A stretch of 64,000 bases of DNA from Mobula hypostoma (Eukaryota), in NCBI RefSeq assembly GCF_963921235.1, contig NC_086108.1, positions 103,046,001 to 103,110,000 of the forward strand. The letters are read 5' to 3'. This document shows, in pieces, positions 12,966-26,142 of the stretch. Within the stretch, counting starts at the first letter, position 1; each line of letters opens with the position of its first letter. The notes under the pieces are model-generated. The model had not been told where the DNA came from. It made no database searches and saw only the letters and a program-made list of their open reading frames with translations. Made by a program: the position numbers and the translations under genes.

Positions 12966-13331
12966 TTCAGTTTTCACACCTGTCAGTCATGCAAGTCCCG
13001 GGGTGGAGACTCAGGAATACCCTCACACACAGATATAGAAGGATGCTTCATTGCTGTTTCCATAACAGTTTTGTTTGACTGGTCAGGGCTGTTGGCCCTG
13101 AGCTGAACCCCCAAACCAGGGGGACCAGTGGACTACTGTTAGTCTGGCCTCTACCCTTTGACTTGTTTGGCATGGTGACCCTACCAAGCCCTAACTTCAG
13201 CCAAAATAACTCTCCAGGTCATTGAGGCTCACACGCCTCCAGACCCTACAAGGTTGTGGCATCTTAGAATATCTCAGCACGTGTGACAATAATCAGCCAA
13301 TTCCAGTAACTATTGTTGTCTCCTCCTCCAG

Positions 13332-13569
13332 GGACCCTACTCACCGACAGGTGCCCTACCATTACTACGAGCCCTCGGGGATCGACGAGTGCACAATGTA
13401 CATGTCGCACGAGCTCGGCCGCAAGGGGAGCCACCATCGGTTCATCACGGAGAAGCGCGTGTTTGCCAGGTGGGCAAAGAAATACAGCATCCACTTCCAC
13501 CAGCCGGAGTGGGGTCCCGGCTCGGAGTCGGCGGCCGCCAATCTCACAGGGGCTGACGGCAGCCAGTGA
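13332..13569 (+). CDS. ST6GALNAC5: Last coding exon of alpha-N-acetylgalactosaminide alpha-2,6-sialyltransferase 5
   Basis: Acceptor ttgttgtctcctcctccag|G, then DPTHRQVPYHYYEPSGIDECTMYMSHELGRKGSHHRFITEKRVFARWAKKYSIHFHQPEW...*; contains sialylmotif III (HYY) and VS (HRFITE); convergent PIGK neighbour supports the orthology. Confidence 0.93.
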
Positions 13570-14142
13570 AGAGGAAATGCAGCCCTCAGGACCAGCAGTC
13601 AGCTGAGCGGCAGGCCAAGGAGCTGCCCATCCATTTCCTTTTGATAAGTCGTCATTCCTTGAAAAATGAGAGAAGGTGCATCTTTAAGATGCCTTTCACA
13701 GTCAAAGATGTGCATTGGAAGTCTCATAGTATAGGTAAAGGGCCGAGGAAATTACTGGATACCCACTACAACTCAACACAGTGACCCTCAAGGCAGGGAT
13801 CTCTTCAGAGCTGAAAATGTGACGGCTGTCTTTTTTTAAACATAGCAAAGGACAGTGTTTCAATTATTAAAACCGACTTTGTTAATCTTGCATGCAGCCT
13901 TTTACAATTCTTACAGGGTATTTTTTGGATATGTGTGTGTGCAATGTCCCTTATCCCAATCACTGACCTGTAATACTATTTATATCGGAGGAAATTTATT
14001 ATCATACTAGGCTGTAATGTGTCAGTTTTGAACTTTTGCTGACATTTTAGCCAAATACCATGGACTGCTCAAAGTTGTAGCAACTAATTAATCTTCCTGT
14101 GTGCCAGGGACTCTTTTCACTGTGAGAATGTATGATTGGGAA

Positions 14143-14148
14143 AATAAA
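14143..14148 (+). terminator. Candidate polyadenylation signal of ST6GALNAC5 (3' UTR about 13570-14170)
   Basis: AATAAA near the end of the non-repetitive stretch after the stop codon. Confidence 0.5.
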
Positions 14149-14286
14149 AGAGTCTCAAAGCCAGCAGATGGTCTGTTCTTGTATTCGGGAAAGGAGGAGG
14201 CAGTCCGGCCCATCTTTCCTGTTCCACCCTTGATCAATAGCAATCTGCATTTTAAAACCATCTATCTGCTTAGGATCCTTAACCCT

Positions 14287-15112
14287 TGTGAACATTTCTG
14301 GTTGCCTCATTACAGGAAGGATGTGGAGGTTTTAGAGAGTGTGCAGAGGAGATTCACCAGGATGCTGCCTGGATTAGAGAGCATGACCCATGAGGATAGG
14401 TTGAGTGAGCTAGGGCTTTTCTCTTTGGAGCAAAAGAGAGTGAGAGGTGACTTGATATAGGTGTAGAAAATTATAAGAGGCCCTGGCAGAGTAGACAGCC
14501 AGAGACTTACTTGCAGGACGTAAAGAGCTAATATGAGGGGGCATAACTTTCATAACTTCCTTCTGCGGAGGGAAGTGCAGGGGGAATGTCAGAGGTAGTT
14601 TTTTTTTTAGAAACCTCGTTATAGGAAGGATATGGAAACTTCGGAGAGGGTGCAGAGATTTACCAGGATCCTGTCTGGATTAGAGAGCATGTCTTATGAG
14701 GGTGGGTTGAAGGCGGAAGGGCTTTTCTCTGGAGAGAAGGAGAATGAGAGGTGACCTGATAGGGATGTACAAGACAATAAGAGGCATAGATTGAGTAGAT
14801 AGCCAAAGACTTTTTCCCTGGGTGGAAAAAGCTAATATGAAAGGGAATGATTTTAAGGAGAATGGAGGAAAGTTTAGGGGGGAATGTCAGAGATTTTTTT
14901 TTGCACAGAGAGTGGTGGGTGCGTGGAACGTACTGCCAGTGGTGGAGGCAGATACATTAGGGGCATTTAAGACACTCTTAGATAGGCACATGGATGAAAG
15001 GAAAATGAAGGGCTATAGGGGAGTGAAGTGTGAGATTGATCTTGCAGTAGGTTAAAGGGTTAGCACAACATCATGGGCTGAAGGGCCTGTACTGTGCTGT
15101 AGTGTTCAATGT
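14287..15112 (+). mobile_element. Two tandem CR1 3' fragments
   Basis: FWLPHYRKDVEVLESVQRRFTRMLPGL; the same region restarts at about 14615. Confidence 0.8.
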
Positions 15113-15674
15113 TCCTAATGCTCCAATTACCTAATCAGTTTTGTTCAATGCACCTATTGACACCCACACTCCCCATCCATTGTCCCAGTACCATCAGCAC
15201 CCTGTACAGCTCGAGATGAGTTCCAGATCTTCAGAACCCTTGAGTGAAGAAACAAATCCTGCAGATGCTGAATCCCCAGAAACACTCAGCAGGTCAAGCG
15301 GTGTCTGTGGGAAGGAGAAAACAGTTTAACGATTCATCGCATGCTATTCAGACTTGTGCTAATATTATTTGGTGACTGTATGTGCTATTGTAACTACATG
15401 TGATGTGTGGACCGGAGGAACAACGTTTCAGATAACTGTGTATGGGGGAATGACAATTAAACTTGAACTTGAACCCATGGGCCGAGGTGAAAAGGGAGAT
15501 GTGTGGTGCAGCTGGTAGAGGTGCTCTCTCATGGTACCAGAGACCCAGGTCCAATCCCAACCACTGGCGCTGCCTTTGTGGAGTTTGCATGTTCTCTGTG
15601 TGACCACAAGGATTTCCTCCAAGTGCTCAGTTTCCTCCCACATTCAAAAGACATGCAGGTCGATAGATTTAGAG

Positions 15675-15755
15675 CAGGGTTTTACAACCCTTTTTTATGC
15701 CAAGGACCCTTACCATTAACTGAGGGCTCCATGGACCCCAAGTTGGGAACCCCTG
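15675..15755. mobile_element. 81-bp hAT-type MITE
   Basis: Termini cagggttttacaac / gttgggaacccctg; 8-bp TSD atttagag / attgagag. Confidence 0.75.
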
Positions 15756-15991
15756 ATTGAGAGAGATACGGGTCCAAGCAGGCAAACGGGTTTAGCTAAG
15801 ATGGCATTCTTGGCTGACATGCGTGAGTTTGGCTGAAAAGCCTGCTTCTGTGCAATATGGTTGAACAAATGTATTGATACTAGTTCATTATTGTCACATG
15901 TAACAAGATACAGTGAAAATCTTGCCTTTCACACTGTTCATACAGATCAAATCATTTCCAGTGCACGGAGGAAGAGAAAGGTAACACAATA

Positions 15992-16420
15992 ACATAGAAA
16001 CATAGAAAATAGGTGCAGGAGTAGGCCATCCGGCCCTTCGAGCCTGCACCGCCATTTATTATGATCATGGCTGATCATCCAACTCAGAACCCAGCCTTCC
16101 CTCCATACCCCCTGACCCCTGTAGCCACAAGGGCCATATCTAACTCCCTCTTAAACATAGCCAATGAACTGGCCTCAACAGTTTGCTGTGGCAGAGAATT
16201 CCACAGATTCACCACTCTCTGTGTGAAGAAGTTTTTCCTAATCTCAGTCCTAAAAGGCTTCCCCTCTATCCTCAAACTGTGACCCCTCGTTCTGGACCTC
16301 CCCAACATCGGGAACAATCTTCCCGCATCTAGCCTGTCCAATCCCTTTAGGATCTTATACGTTTCAATAAGATCCCCCCTCAATCTTCTAAATTCCAACA
16401 AGTACAAGCCCAGTTCATCA
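15992..16420 (-). mobile_element. Young CR1 3' fragment
   Basis: RGDLIETYKIL..TRGHSL..FFTQRVVNLWNSLP; (catagaaa) tail. Confidence 0.85.
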
Positions 16421-16734
16421 ATACAGAATAAAGTGTAGAAGCCACTGTAAGAGTGCAGTGCAGGTAAACAATAAAGAGCAAGATCATAACGAGGAAGATT
16501 GTGGGTACAACTGTAATATGACTTCCCAGTTCTTATGCTCAATGCCTCAGGCCATGAAGGTTAGAATACCAAATATCTTTTTACCTGTCTTCATGTGTTG
16601 CTACTTCCATGGACCTGTGGACTTGCATTTCGATGTCTCTCTGCACATCAATGCAGCTAAGTTTCCCGCCATTTACTCTGTATGTTCTAACAGAGTTTGA
16701 CCTCCCAAAGTGCATTGCCTCACATTTTGAGTCA

Positions 16735-19700
16735 TCAAAAAGTACAGGACAGAAACAGGGTCTTTGACTCATCTAGTCCATGCCAAGCCATTTAAACTCC
16801 TTACTCCCATCGATCTGCACTGGGACCATAGCCTTCCATGCCCTTACCATCCATGTACCTATCCAAACTTCTCTTAAACATTGAAATTGATCTCTCAGCA
16901 CCACCTATGCTGGCAGCTTGTTCCACACTCTCATCATCCTCCAAGTGAAGAAGTTTCCCCTCATGTTCCCCTTAAACTTTTCACCTATCACCCTTAACCT
17001 ATGACCTCTAGTTGTCTCACCCAACCTCAGTGACAAAAGCCTGCTTGCATTTTCCCTATCTTATACCCCTCATAATTTTGTTTACCTCTATCAAATCTTC
17101 CCTCAAACTTCTATATTCCAAGGTCCCTACCTTATAACCCAATCTTACCTTATAACTCAGGACCCCAGTCCCTGCAACATCTTTGTAAATGTTCTCTGTA
17201 CTCTTTCAATGTTATTTACACCCTTCCTGTAGGCAGGTGGCCAAAATTGGGCACAATACTCCAAATTAGGCCTCACTAGTATCTTATACAACTTCCAACA
17301 TAACATCCCATCTCCTGTACTCAATGCTTTGATTTATGAAGGGCAATGTGCATTCATGACCCTGTCATGAAAGCTATAAAGCTTTAGTTATGAACCTGCC
17401 CACCTGTGACATCACTTTCAATGAATTATGGACCTATATTCCCAGATCCCTTTGTTCTACCACTCTCCTCAGTACCCTACAGTTCACTGTGTAAGACCTA
17501 CCCTGGTTGGGCCAACGGAAGTGCAACACCTCACACTTGCTTGCATTAAATGTCATCTGCCATTTTTCCAGTTGGTCCAGGTCCTGCTGCAACCTCTGAG
17601 AGTCTTCCTCACTGTCCACTACACCTTCCTGAGGGTGGAGGATCAACACCTTATATTCCATCTGGATACCATCCAACCTGATGGCACGAATATCGATTTC
17701 TCCTAGGGAACACATCCATCCTCCCCCCACTCCACCCACTTCTTCTATTCTCCACTCTTACCTTTCACTTCTCACCTACCTGTTACTTCCCCCTGTGTCC
17801 ACTCCTACTTCCCTTTCTCCTATTGTCCACTCTCCTCTCCTATCAGATTCTCCTGCCCATGACCTTTCCTACCCACCTGGCTTCATCTATCGCCTTCCAG
17901 CTGGCCTCCTTCCCCTCCCTCCACATTTTTCATTCTGGCGTCTTCCCCTTCCTTTCCAGTCCTGAAGAAACGTCTTAGCCCAAAACATCAACTGTTTACT
18001 CTTTTCCATAGATGCTGCCTGACCTGCTTAATTCCTCCAGCATCTTGTGTGTGTACCCCCAATCTTGGTGTCATCTGCAAATTTGCTGATCGTTAACCAC
18101 ATTACCATCCAGATGACAAACAACAACAGACCCAGCACTGATCCCTGCGTCACTTCACTAGTCACAGGCCTCCAGTCAGAGAGACAATTATCCACTACAA
18201 CTCTCTGGCACCTCTCACAAAGCTAAAGTCTAATCTAATTTACTACATCATCTTGAATGCCGAGCGACTGAAGCTTCTTGACCAACCTCCCATCCAGAAC
18301 CATGTCAAATGCTTTACTAAAGCCCAACTTTCATCAACTTTCCTAGTAACATCCTCAAAAAACACCACAAGATTGGTTCAACATGATCTACCATGCACAA
18401 AGCCATGCTGACCATCCCTAATCAGCTAAATACTCATATAACTGGTCACCTAGAATCCCTTCAGTAACTTCCCCACTACTGATGCTCACGACCTTTAACT
18501 TCCTGGTCTATTTTTAGAGCCTTTCTTAATCAATGGAACAACATTACCTATCCTGCAATCCTGCGGTACCTCACTGGCCACTAAGGATGATTTAAATATC
18601 TCTGCTAGGGTCCCTGCAATTTCTTTACTTGCCTCCCACAGGGTCTGAGGGATCCACCCCGACGAGCCTCAAGAGAGCAAACACCTCCTCCTCTGTGATC
18701 TGTTTAGGGTCCATGAACTTGTTGCCACTTGCCTCACTTCTACAGACTCTGTGTCCATCTCCTAAGTAAATACAGATGCAAAAAAAAACCCATTTAAGAT
18801 CTCCCCATCTCTTTTGGCTCCATGCATGGATTCTGATCTTCCAGAGAACCATTTTGTCCCTTGCAATTCTTTTGCTCTTAACATTTTCTGCAGAATCCCT
18901 TTGGATTCTCCTTCACCTTGTCTGCTAAAGCAACTCCCCGGCTTCTTTTAGCCCTTCTAATTTCTTTCTTTAAGTATTCTTTTGCATTTCTTATACTCCA
19001 TAAGTATCTCATTTGTTCCTACCTGTCTATACCTGCTATGTACCTCCTTTTTTTTTCTTAACCAGGGCCTCAATATCTCTTGAAAGCCAAGGTTCCCCTA
19101 TCCTGTTATCTTTATATTTTATTCTGATAGGCATATTCTGATTCTCTAGTTTACAATCTCAACCCATGAACCAGACCTATCTATTTCCATAGAAGTTGCT
19201 GGTAAACGCAGCAGGCCAGGCAGCATCTATAGGAAGAGGTACAGTCGACGTTTGGGCCCGAGACCCTTTGTCAGGACTAACTGAAAGAAGAGCTAGTAAG
19301 AGATTTACTCTTACTAGCTCTTCTTTCAGTTAGTCCAGATGAAGGGTTTCGGCCCCAAACGTCGACTGTACCTCTTCCTAGAGATGCTGCCTGGCCTGCA
19401 GCGTTCACCAGCAACTTTTGTGTGTGTTGCTTGAAATTCCAGCATCTGCAGATTTCCTCCTGTTTGCTATCTATTTCCATATTTACTTTGAAACTAATGG
19501 AATTATGATCAGTAGATACAAAGTGTTCTCCTACACAGACTGCTGTCACCTGCCCTGTCTCATTCCCTAATAGCAGATCAAGTATCACACAATCTCTGGT
19601 TGGGACCTCAATGTACTGAATTAGGAAACTTTCTTGAACACATTTGAGTAACTCTATCCTATCTAGTTCCTTCACAGTATGGGAGTCCCAGTCAATATGT

Positions 19701-20480
19701 GGAAAGTTAAAATCTGCTACTATAACAATCTTATGTTTCTTGCAACTATCCTCAACCTCTCTACAAATCTGGTCCTCTAAATCCCATGGACTCTCGGGTG
19801 GTTTGTAATATAGCTCCATTAACATGGTCATACCTTTCTTACTCCACAGTTCCATCCGTAAAGCCTCACTAGTGATCTCCAGTCTGTCCTAACTGAGCAC
19901 TGTCGTGACATTTTCCCGGACGAGTAACACCCCTCCTCCTTTAATCCCTCCCACTCTGCCACGTCTAAAACAATGGAACCCTGGAATATTGAGCTGCCAG
20001 TCCTGCCTCTCCTGCAATCTTGCTAATGGATACAATTCCATGTGTTGATCCATGTCCTGACGAAGGGTTCCAGCCCGATACGTCGACTCATCCTTTCCAC
20101 GGATGCTGCCCAACCTGCTGAGTTCCTCCAGCGTGTTGTGAGTGTTGCCTTGACTCCAGCATCTGCAGATTATTTTGTGTTTACAATCCATGCCGAGTTC
20201 ATCTGCCTTTCCTACATATTATATCAAAATATACACAACTCAGGATAGTAGTCACATCACGCTCAACCTTTTGATTCCTGACTTTGAGTTCTTAACAATG
20301 ACTGTCTCCCCAACCTCTCCTCTGTCAGTTCTGGCACTCTGGTTCCCATTTATCCTGCAGCTCCAGTTTAAACACTACCCCCCACCCCCACCCCCGTGCA
20401 GCAGTAGCAAACCTTCCAGCTGAATATTAATCCCCTTCCAGTTCAGTTTCAAACTATCCCTTCTATTACCTTCCCTGGAA
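16735..20480 (-). mobile_element. Long decayed CR1 (endonuclease to 3' end) hosting PLE inserts at about 17625-18055, 19192-19466 and about 20051-20183
   Basis: APE motifs ADFNFPHIDW and ILDLLL..DHN in ORF 19277-19855; RT motifs around 17400-18350. Confidence 0.82.
19192..19466 (+). mobile_element. Fold-back PLE-tail mini-element, 15-bp TSD CTATCTATTTCCATA
   Basis: About 110-bp inverted arms centred near 19305; TSD 19177-19191 / 19467-19481; both hammerhead cores are mutated. Confidence 0.88.
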
Positions 20481-20519
20481 AAGAGCCCAATGATCCAAAA
20501 ATATATCAAATACTCTGTT

Positions 20520-20822
20520 TATATCTCAGAAACTGCTGATCTCTTGGGATTTCTGTGCACAACAGTCTCAGGGGTTGACAAAGAATGGTGCGAAAAACAA
20601 AAAAAAATCAAGCGAGCAGCAGTTCTGCAGGCGAAAATGCCTTTTTAATGAGAGAGGTCAGAGGAGAATGGCCAGACTGGTTCAAGCTGACAGGAAGGCA
20701 ACAGTAACACAAATAATCATGCTTTACAACAGTGGTGTGCGGAAGAGCATGTCCGAATGCACAATGTGTGAAAATTGAAATCGATGGGGTACCACAGCAG
20801 GAGACTATTGACATACACTCAG
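20520..20822 (+). mobile_element. Tc1/mariner deletion derivative
   Basis: ERGQRRMARLVQADRKATVTQI..YNSG, a transposase HTH remnant shared with 36210-36730 and 55133-57450. Confidence 0.7.
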
Positions 20823-22489
20823 TTATAAAGTAGCACAGCACAAAAACAGCCCGTTTGATCCGTCTCGTCCATGCTAAACTATTAAACAACCTGGACCCAC
20901 CTACCTGCAGACCGACCATAGCCCTCCGTGTCCCTCTCATCCATATACCTATCCAAATTTCTCTTAAATATTGAAATTGAACCCATATCCATCACTTCAG
21001 CTGGTAATCATTCCACACTCTCACCATCCTCTGAGCGAAGAAATTTCCCCTCAGGTTTTCCTTAAATATTTCACCTTTCACGACCTTTAGTTCTAAATCT
21101 CACCTCAGCGGTAAAAGCACATTTGCATTTACCCTATCTGCCCGTCATAATTTTGATTACCTCTATCAAATTCTCCCTCATTCTCCTACACTTTATTCAA
21201 CCTGTCCCTAAAACTCAGGTCCTCAAGGCCTGGTATCTTTTATTTATTTATTTTTATTTGGCAATCGAGTGCAGATTTGGCCTTTCGAGTCCCACTGCCT
21301 CAACAACCCCGACAGACCCGATTAACCCTAACCTAATCATGGGACAATTTACGATGACCAATTAACCTACCCGGTAGGTTTTTGGACTGTGGGAGGAAAC
21401 TGGAGCTCCCAGGGAAACCCAACACTTGCTAGAGGGAGGACATACAGAGATGCCTTAATTGAACTCTGAGCTCCAACGACCTGTATTAGCGTTGCACTAA
21501 CCGCTAAGTTAGTGTGGTGTCCTTTTCTTTGCACATAGTGTACACTGAAACATTGAAATCTATTCACCTGTTTTTCTCCAGTCCTGCTGGAGAGTTTCGG
21601 CCCAAAATATCGACGGTACTTTTTTCAATAGATGCTGCCTGGCCTGCTGAGATCCTCCAGCATTTTGTGTGTGTTGCTCGGATTTCCAGCATCTGCAGAT
21701 TTTCTCTTGTTTGTGAAACGTGTTGGTTTGCGTCAATGATCAACACAGTCTTGAGGGTTGTGCTGGGCAGTCCGCAAGTGTTGCCATGTCTCCAATGCCA
21801 GCATGGAATTCACAGCTCACTAACCCTAACGTTTGGACTGTGGGAGGAAACCAGAGCACCCGGAGGAAACCCACTCGGTCACAGGGAGAACGTACAAACT
21901 CCTTACAGGCAGCGGCGGGAATCGAACCTCTATCTGCGATTGCTGGTGCTGTAAAGTGACTATCCTAACTGCTATGCTACCGTTCCACCTGCCACACTAC
22001 CACTGTCTCCTGGAGCCTGGCCACTCACGTTGGAGAAGAAGCAGTCAGGAAACTCTGAACACTTCGTGACTCAACAACAGCACGCACAAGACATGGAAGA
22101 AACCTGCTGCTTTCTAGACTACCTCAGTCAGTCATCATCTACACACAATTCACTGCCATCTGGATCACTCGAGGCTAACTGCGTGGCTGTATTTTAGGAA
22201 TAATTCCATATAAGGGAGAAAGAATTACATAACCAGATTCAGGTTTATTTTCATCAACATACGTATGTTGTGAAATTTGTTGTTTTATGGCAGCTGTACA
22301 GTACAATAAATAAAAATTACTAGAAATTGCAATAATAGATAGCGAGGTAGTGTTCATGGGCTTATAGGCTGTACAGAAACCTGATGATTAGAATATACAA
22401 TTTGAAGAGTTGTTTTAGGATGGCCGTAGTTGAGTGGAGAACACAGCATGGAGATGGTGTTTCAATGGGCTGCCTCTGTGATACATACA

Positions 22490-23033
22490 AACTCTGGTTA
22501 GGCCACACTTGGAGTACTGTGTCCAGTTCTGGTCGCCTCACTATAGGAAGGATGTGGAAGCATTGGAAAGGGTACAGAGGAGATTTACCAGGATGCTGCC
22601 TGGTTTAGAGAGTATGCATTATGATCAGAGATTAAGGGAGCTAGGGCTTTACTCTTTGGAGAGAAGGAGGATGAGAGGAGACATGATAGAGGTATACAAG
22701 ATATTGAGAGGAATAGATAGAGTGGATAGCCAGCGCCTCTTCCCCAGGGCACCACTGCTCAATACAAGAGGACATGGCTTTAAGGTAAGGGATGGGAAGT
22801 TTAAGGGGGATATTAGAGGAAGGTTTTTTACTCAGAGAGTGGTTGGTGCGTGGAATGCACTGCCTGAGTCAGTGGTGGAGGCAGATACACTAGCGAAGTT
22901 TAAGAGACTACTAGACAGGTATATGGAGGAATTTAAGGTGGGGGGTTATATAGGAGGCAGGTTTTGAGGGTCGGCACAACATTGTGGGCCGAAAAGCCTG
23001 TACTGTGCTGTACTATTCTATGTTCTATGTTCT
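22490..23033 (+). mobile_element. Young CR1 3' fragment
   Basis: Uninterrupted ORF 22509-22967 EYCVQFWSPHYRKD...; (ttctatg)n tail. Confidence 0.9.
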
Positions 23034-23271
23034 AAACACGAGCCATCTCTCTTGTTTGATTGAGATACCACAATAGCTCACAGCTCGCGAGGTTTACTTG
23101 TCTCTGCGCTGAACTAAGGCCGTGGCCAGCAACTAAGGGGTTGCTGGATCAGTGTGAGTGACTGGCTGTGATTCAATTTTGTGAACTTCAGTTCTGAATG
23201 CTATTTGCTTACTTTCAGTGTTTGAGTGATTTGGTTTTTCTCTTCTGCACATTGAGTGCTTGACGGTCTTT

Positions 23272-25228
23272 TTATACTTTATACTTTATTGTCGACAATC
23301 AATTGATACTAGAACGTACAATTATCACAGCGATATTTGATTCTGCGCTTCCTGCTCCCTGGAGTACAAATTGATAGTAAATAGTAAAAATGTAAATTAT
23401 AAATCATAAATAGAAAATAGAAAAATGGAAAGTAAGGTAGTGCAAAAAAAACCGAGAGGCAGGTCCAGATACTTGTAGGGTATGGCCCAGATCCGGGTCA
23501 GGATCCGTTCAGCAGTCTTATCACAGTTGGAAAGAAGCTGTTCCCAAATCTGGCTGCATGAGTCTTCAAGCTCCTGAGCCTTCTCCCGGAGGGAAGAGGG
23601 ACGAAAAGTGTGTTGGCTGGGTGGGTCGTGTCCTTGATTATCCTGGCAGCACTCACTCCGACAAAGTGAGTCCAAGGACGGAAGATCGGTTTGTGTGATG
23701 TGCTGGGCTATGTTCGCGATCTTCTGCAGCTTCTTCCAGTCTTGGACAGGACAACTTCCATACCAGGTTGTGATGCACCCTAGAAGAATGCTTTCTATGG
23801 TGCATCTATAAAAATTAGTGGGGGTTTTAGGGGACAGGCCAAATTTCTTTAGCTTTCTCAGGAAAAAAAAGGCGCTGGTGGGCCTCCTTGGCAATGGACT
23901 CTGTTTGGTTGGACCAAGTCAGATCATTTGTGATATTGACCCCGAGGAACTTAAAGCTTTTGACCTATTCCACTTGCGCACCACCGATGTAAATTGGGTC
24001 GTGCAGTCCGCTACTCCTTCTGAAGTCAACAACCAATTCCTTCGTGTTGCTGACGTTGAGGGATAGGTTATTGTCTTCGCACCATGCCACCAAGTTCTTA
24101 ATTTCCTCTCTGTACTCAAACTCATCATTACCCAAGATACAGCCTACAATTGTGGTGTCATCAGCAAACTTATATATTGAGTTTGATGGGAACTTGGCTA
24201 CACAATCATGGGTGTACAGTGAGTACAGCAGGGGGCTGAGTACACAGCCTTGTGGGGCACCGGTGCTCAGAGTGATTGTAGAGGAGAGCTTGCCCCTATT
24301 TTTACAGCCTGGGTCCTGTCTGTGAGGAAGTTGAAGATTCAGCTGCAGATCTGAGTGCTAAGGCCCAGGTTCTGGAGCTTAGGAATCAGTTTATTTGGAA
24401 TGATGGTATTAAAGGTAGAGCTGTAGTCAATGAAAAGGAGCCTTACATATGCATCTTCATTCTCCAGGTGTTCTAAGGAAGAATGTAGGGCCAGAGAGAT
24501 GGCTTCTGCCATTGACCTGTTGCTCAGGTAGGCGAATTGCAAAGCATCGAGGTTGACTGGTAGGCTGTGGTTGATGTGTGCCATAACCAATTGCTCGAAG
24601 CACTTCATAGCAATTGATGTCAGAGCCACAGGTCGATAAGTCATTCAGACATGCCACCTTGCTCTTCTTCGGCACTGGGATTATCATTGCCTTCTTAAAA
24701 TCCGAGGGGATTTTAGACTGAAGCAAGGAGCAGTTGAAGATGTCAGCAAACACTCCTCGCTGGAATAACCCGTCCTGGGACACCATCTGGACCCGTCGCC
24801 TTCCTTGGATTTATCTTCAGGAATGCCCTTCTAATGTCCTCCTCGGTGATGATGAATCTCGATGCCACCAGGTCCGGTTCATCCAGAGGGAGCGGGACGC
24901 TCCTCTTCTGTTCGAATCTCGCGTAGAATACATTAAGTTCGTCAGGAAGAGAAGCGCCACAGTTATTGATATTCCCAGCCTTTTCTTTGCACCCAGTGAT
25001 CTCATTTAGACCCTGCCATAGTCTACCGGCATCCCTCTGGTTAGCCTGGGCTTCCAGCTTGGCTCAATATTGCCTCTTGTCGCCCTTAATGGCTTTCCGG
25101 AGTTCACGCCTGGATTCCGTGTAGCGACTGGTATCCCCGGACCTAAAAGCCGCAGCTCTAGCCTTCAAAAGGGTCTTGACATCATAATTCATCCAAGATT
25201 TCCGGTTAGGGAATACCCGGATCGCCTT
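23272..25228 (-). mobile_element. Rex1/Babar-type LINE, 5'-truncated and frameshifted
   Basis: [55 protein letters not shown]; (tatactt)n tail. Confidence 0.85.
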
Positions 25229-26142
25229 GCTTTTACTGGGTTCTATTGGGTTTCTTTGTTTTGTGGCTGCCTGTAAGAAGACGAATCTCAAGGATGTATA
25301 TAGCATACAAACTTCGAAAATAAATGTGCTTTGAACTTTGAACTTTGATTGCAAATGGACGTGGCTAACAAAGTCAGTTGAGTCAGGGAGGGGCAGTTAA
25401 CAAAGGAGTCTCAAAAGGGCCAGATGGTCTAATTCTGCTCCCTATGTCATGTCTTAACATTCAATGATTCAGGAACAGTTTCTTCCCCTCTGACATCTAA
25501 TTTCTGAATAGGCACTGAACCCATAGCACTACCTCACTACTCTTTTTGCTCTACTCATTTAATTTCAATTTCACTATCTATATATACATTTACTGTAATT
25601 CACGGTTTTCGTTATTATGTATTGCATTGGACTGCTGCCACAAAAACAACAAATTTCACAGCATGTGCCGGTGATATTAAACCTGATTTTGATTCTGGTA
25701 AACGTCACTCCGGTTAATCAGTGCCTCTCCTGCAGCTGCAGTGTGAGAGTTTCAGATATCACCACACTACTTGACAAAAGCCAATAAGTCCTGGAGGAAG
25801 CAGTCAAATTGTATTAATCTCTTATTTGGCTGGAGTTCCGGCAGTGGTAAATACGGCTTCTCTATGCTTAAGCGCCTCCTCTCTACTCTGCTCAGTGGGC
25901 AGAGTGCTATGCAAGGGAGGAAAACAAATCACACAGAGAAGGAACTGTCAAAATAAATAAATTAATGTTCATATTACACTGTACTTATAAATGTACAAAG
26001 CAAGTCTCCCCTGTATTGGATTGTGTGATCCTTGCTCTCCACATGGTCATCTCATGCAACAACTCCACCTCCTATTTCCCTGACCTCACTCTCACTATAC
26101 CGCTCATCGAACATTCAACTTAGGAACCAGCCCTTCTGTCTA

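Noticed and set aside
13222..13331. N-terminal part of ORF 13222-13569
   Set aside because: It lies upstream of a clear splice acceptor and is intronic read-through.
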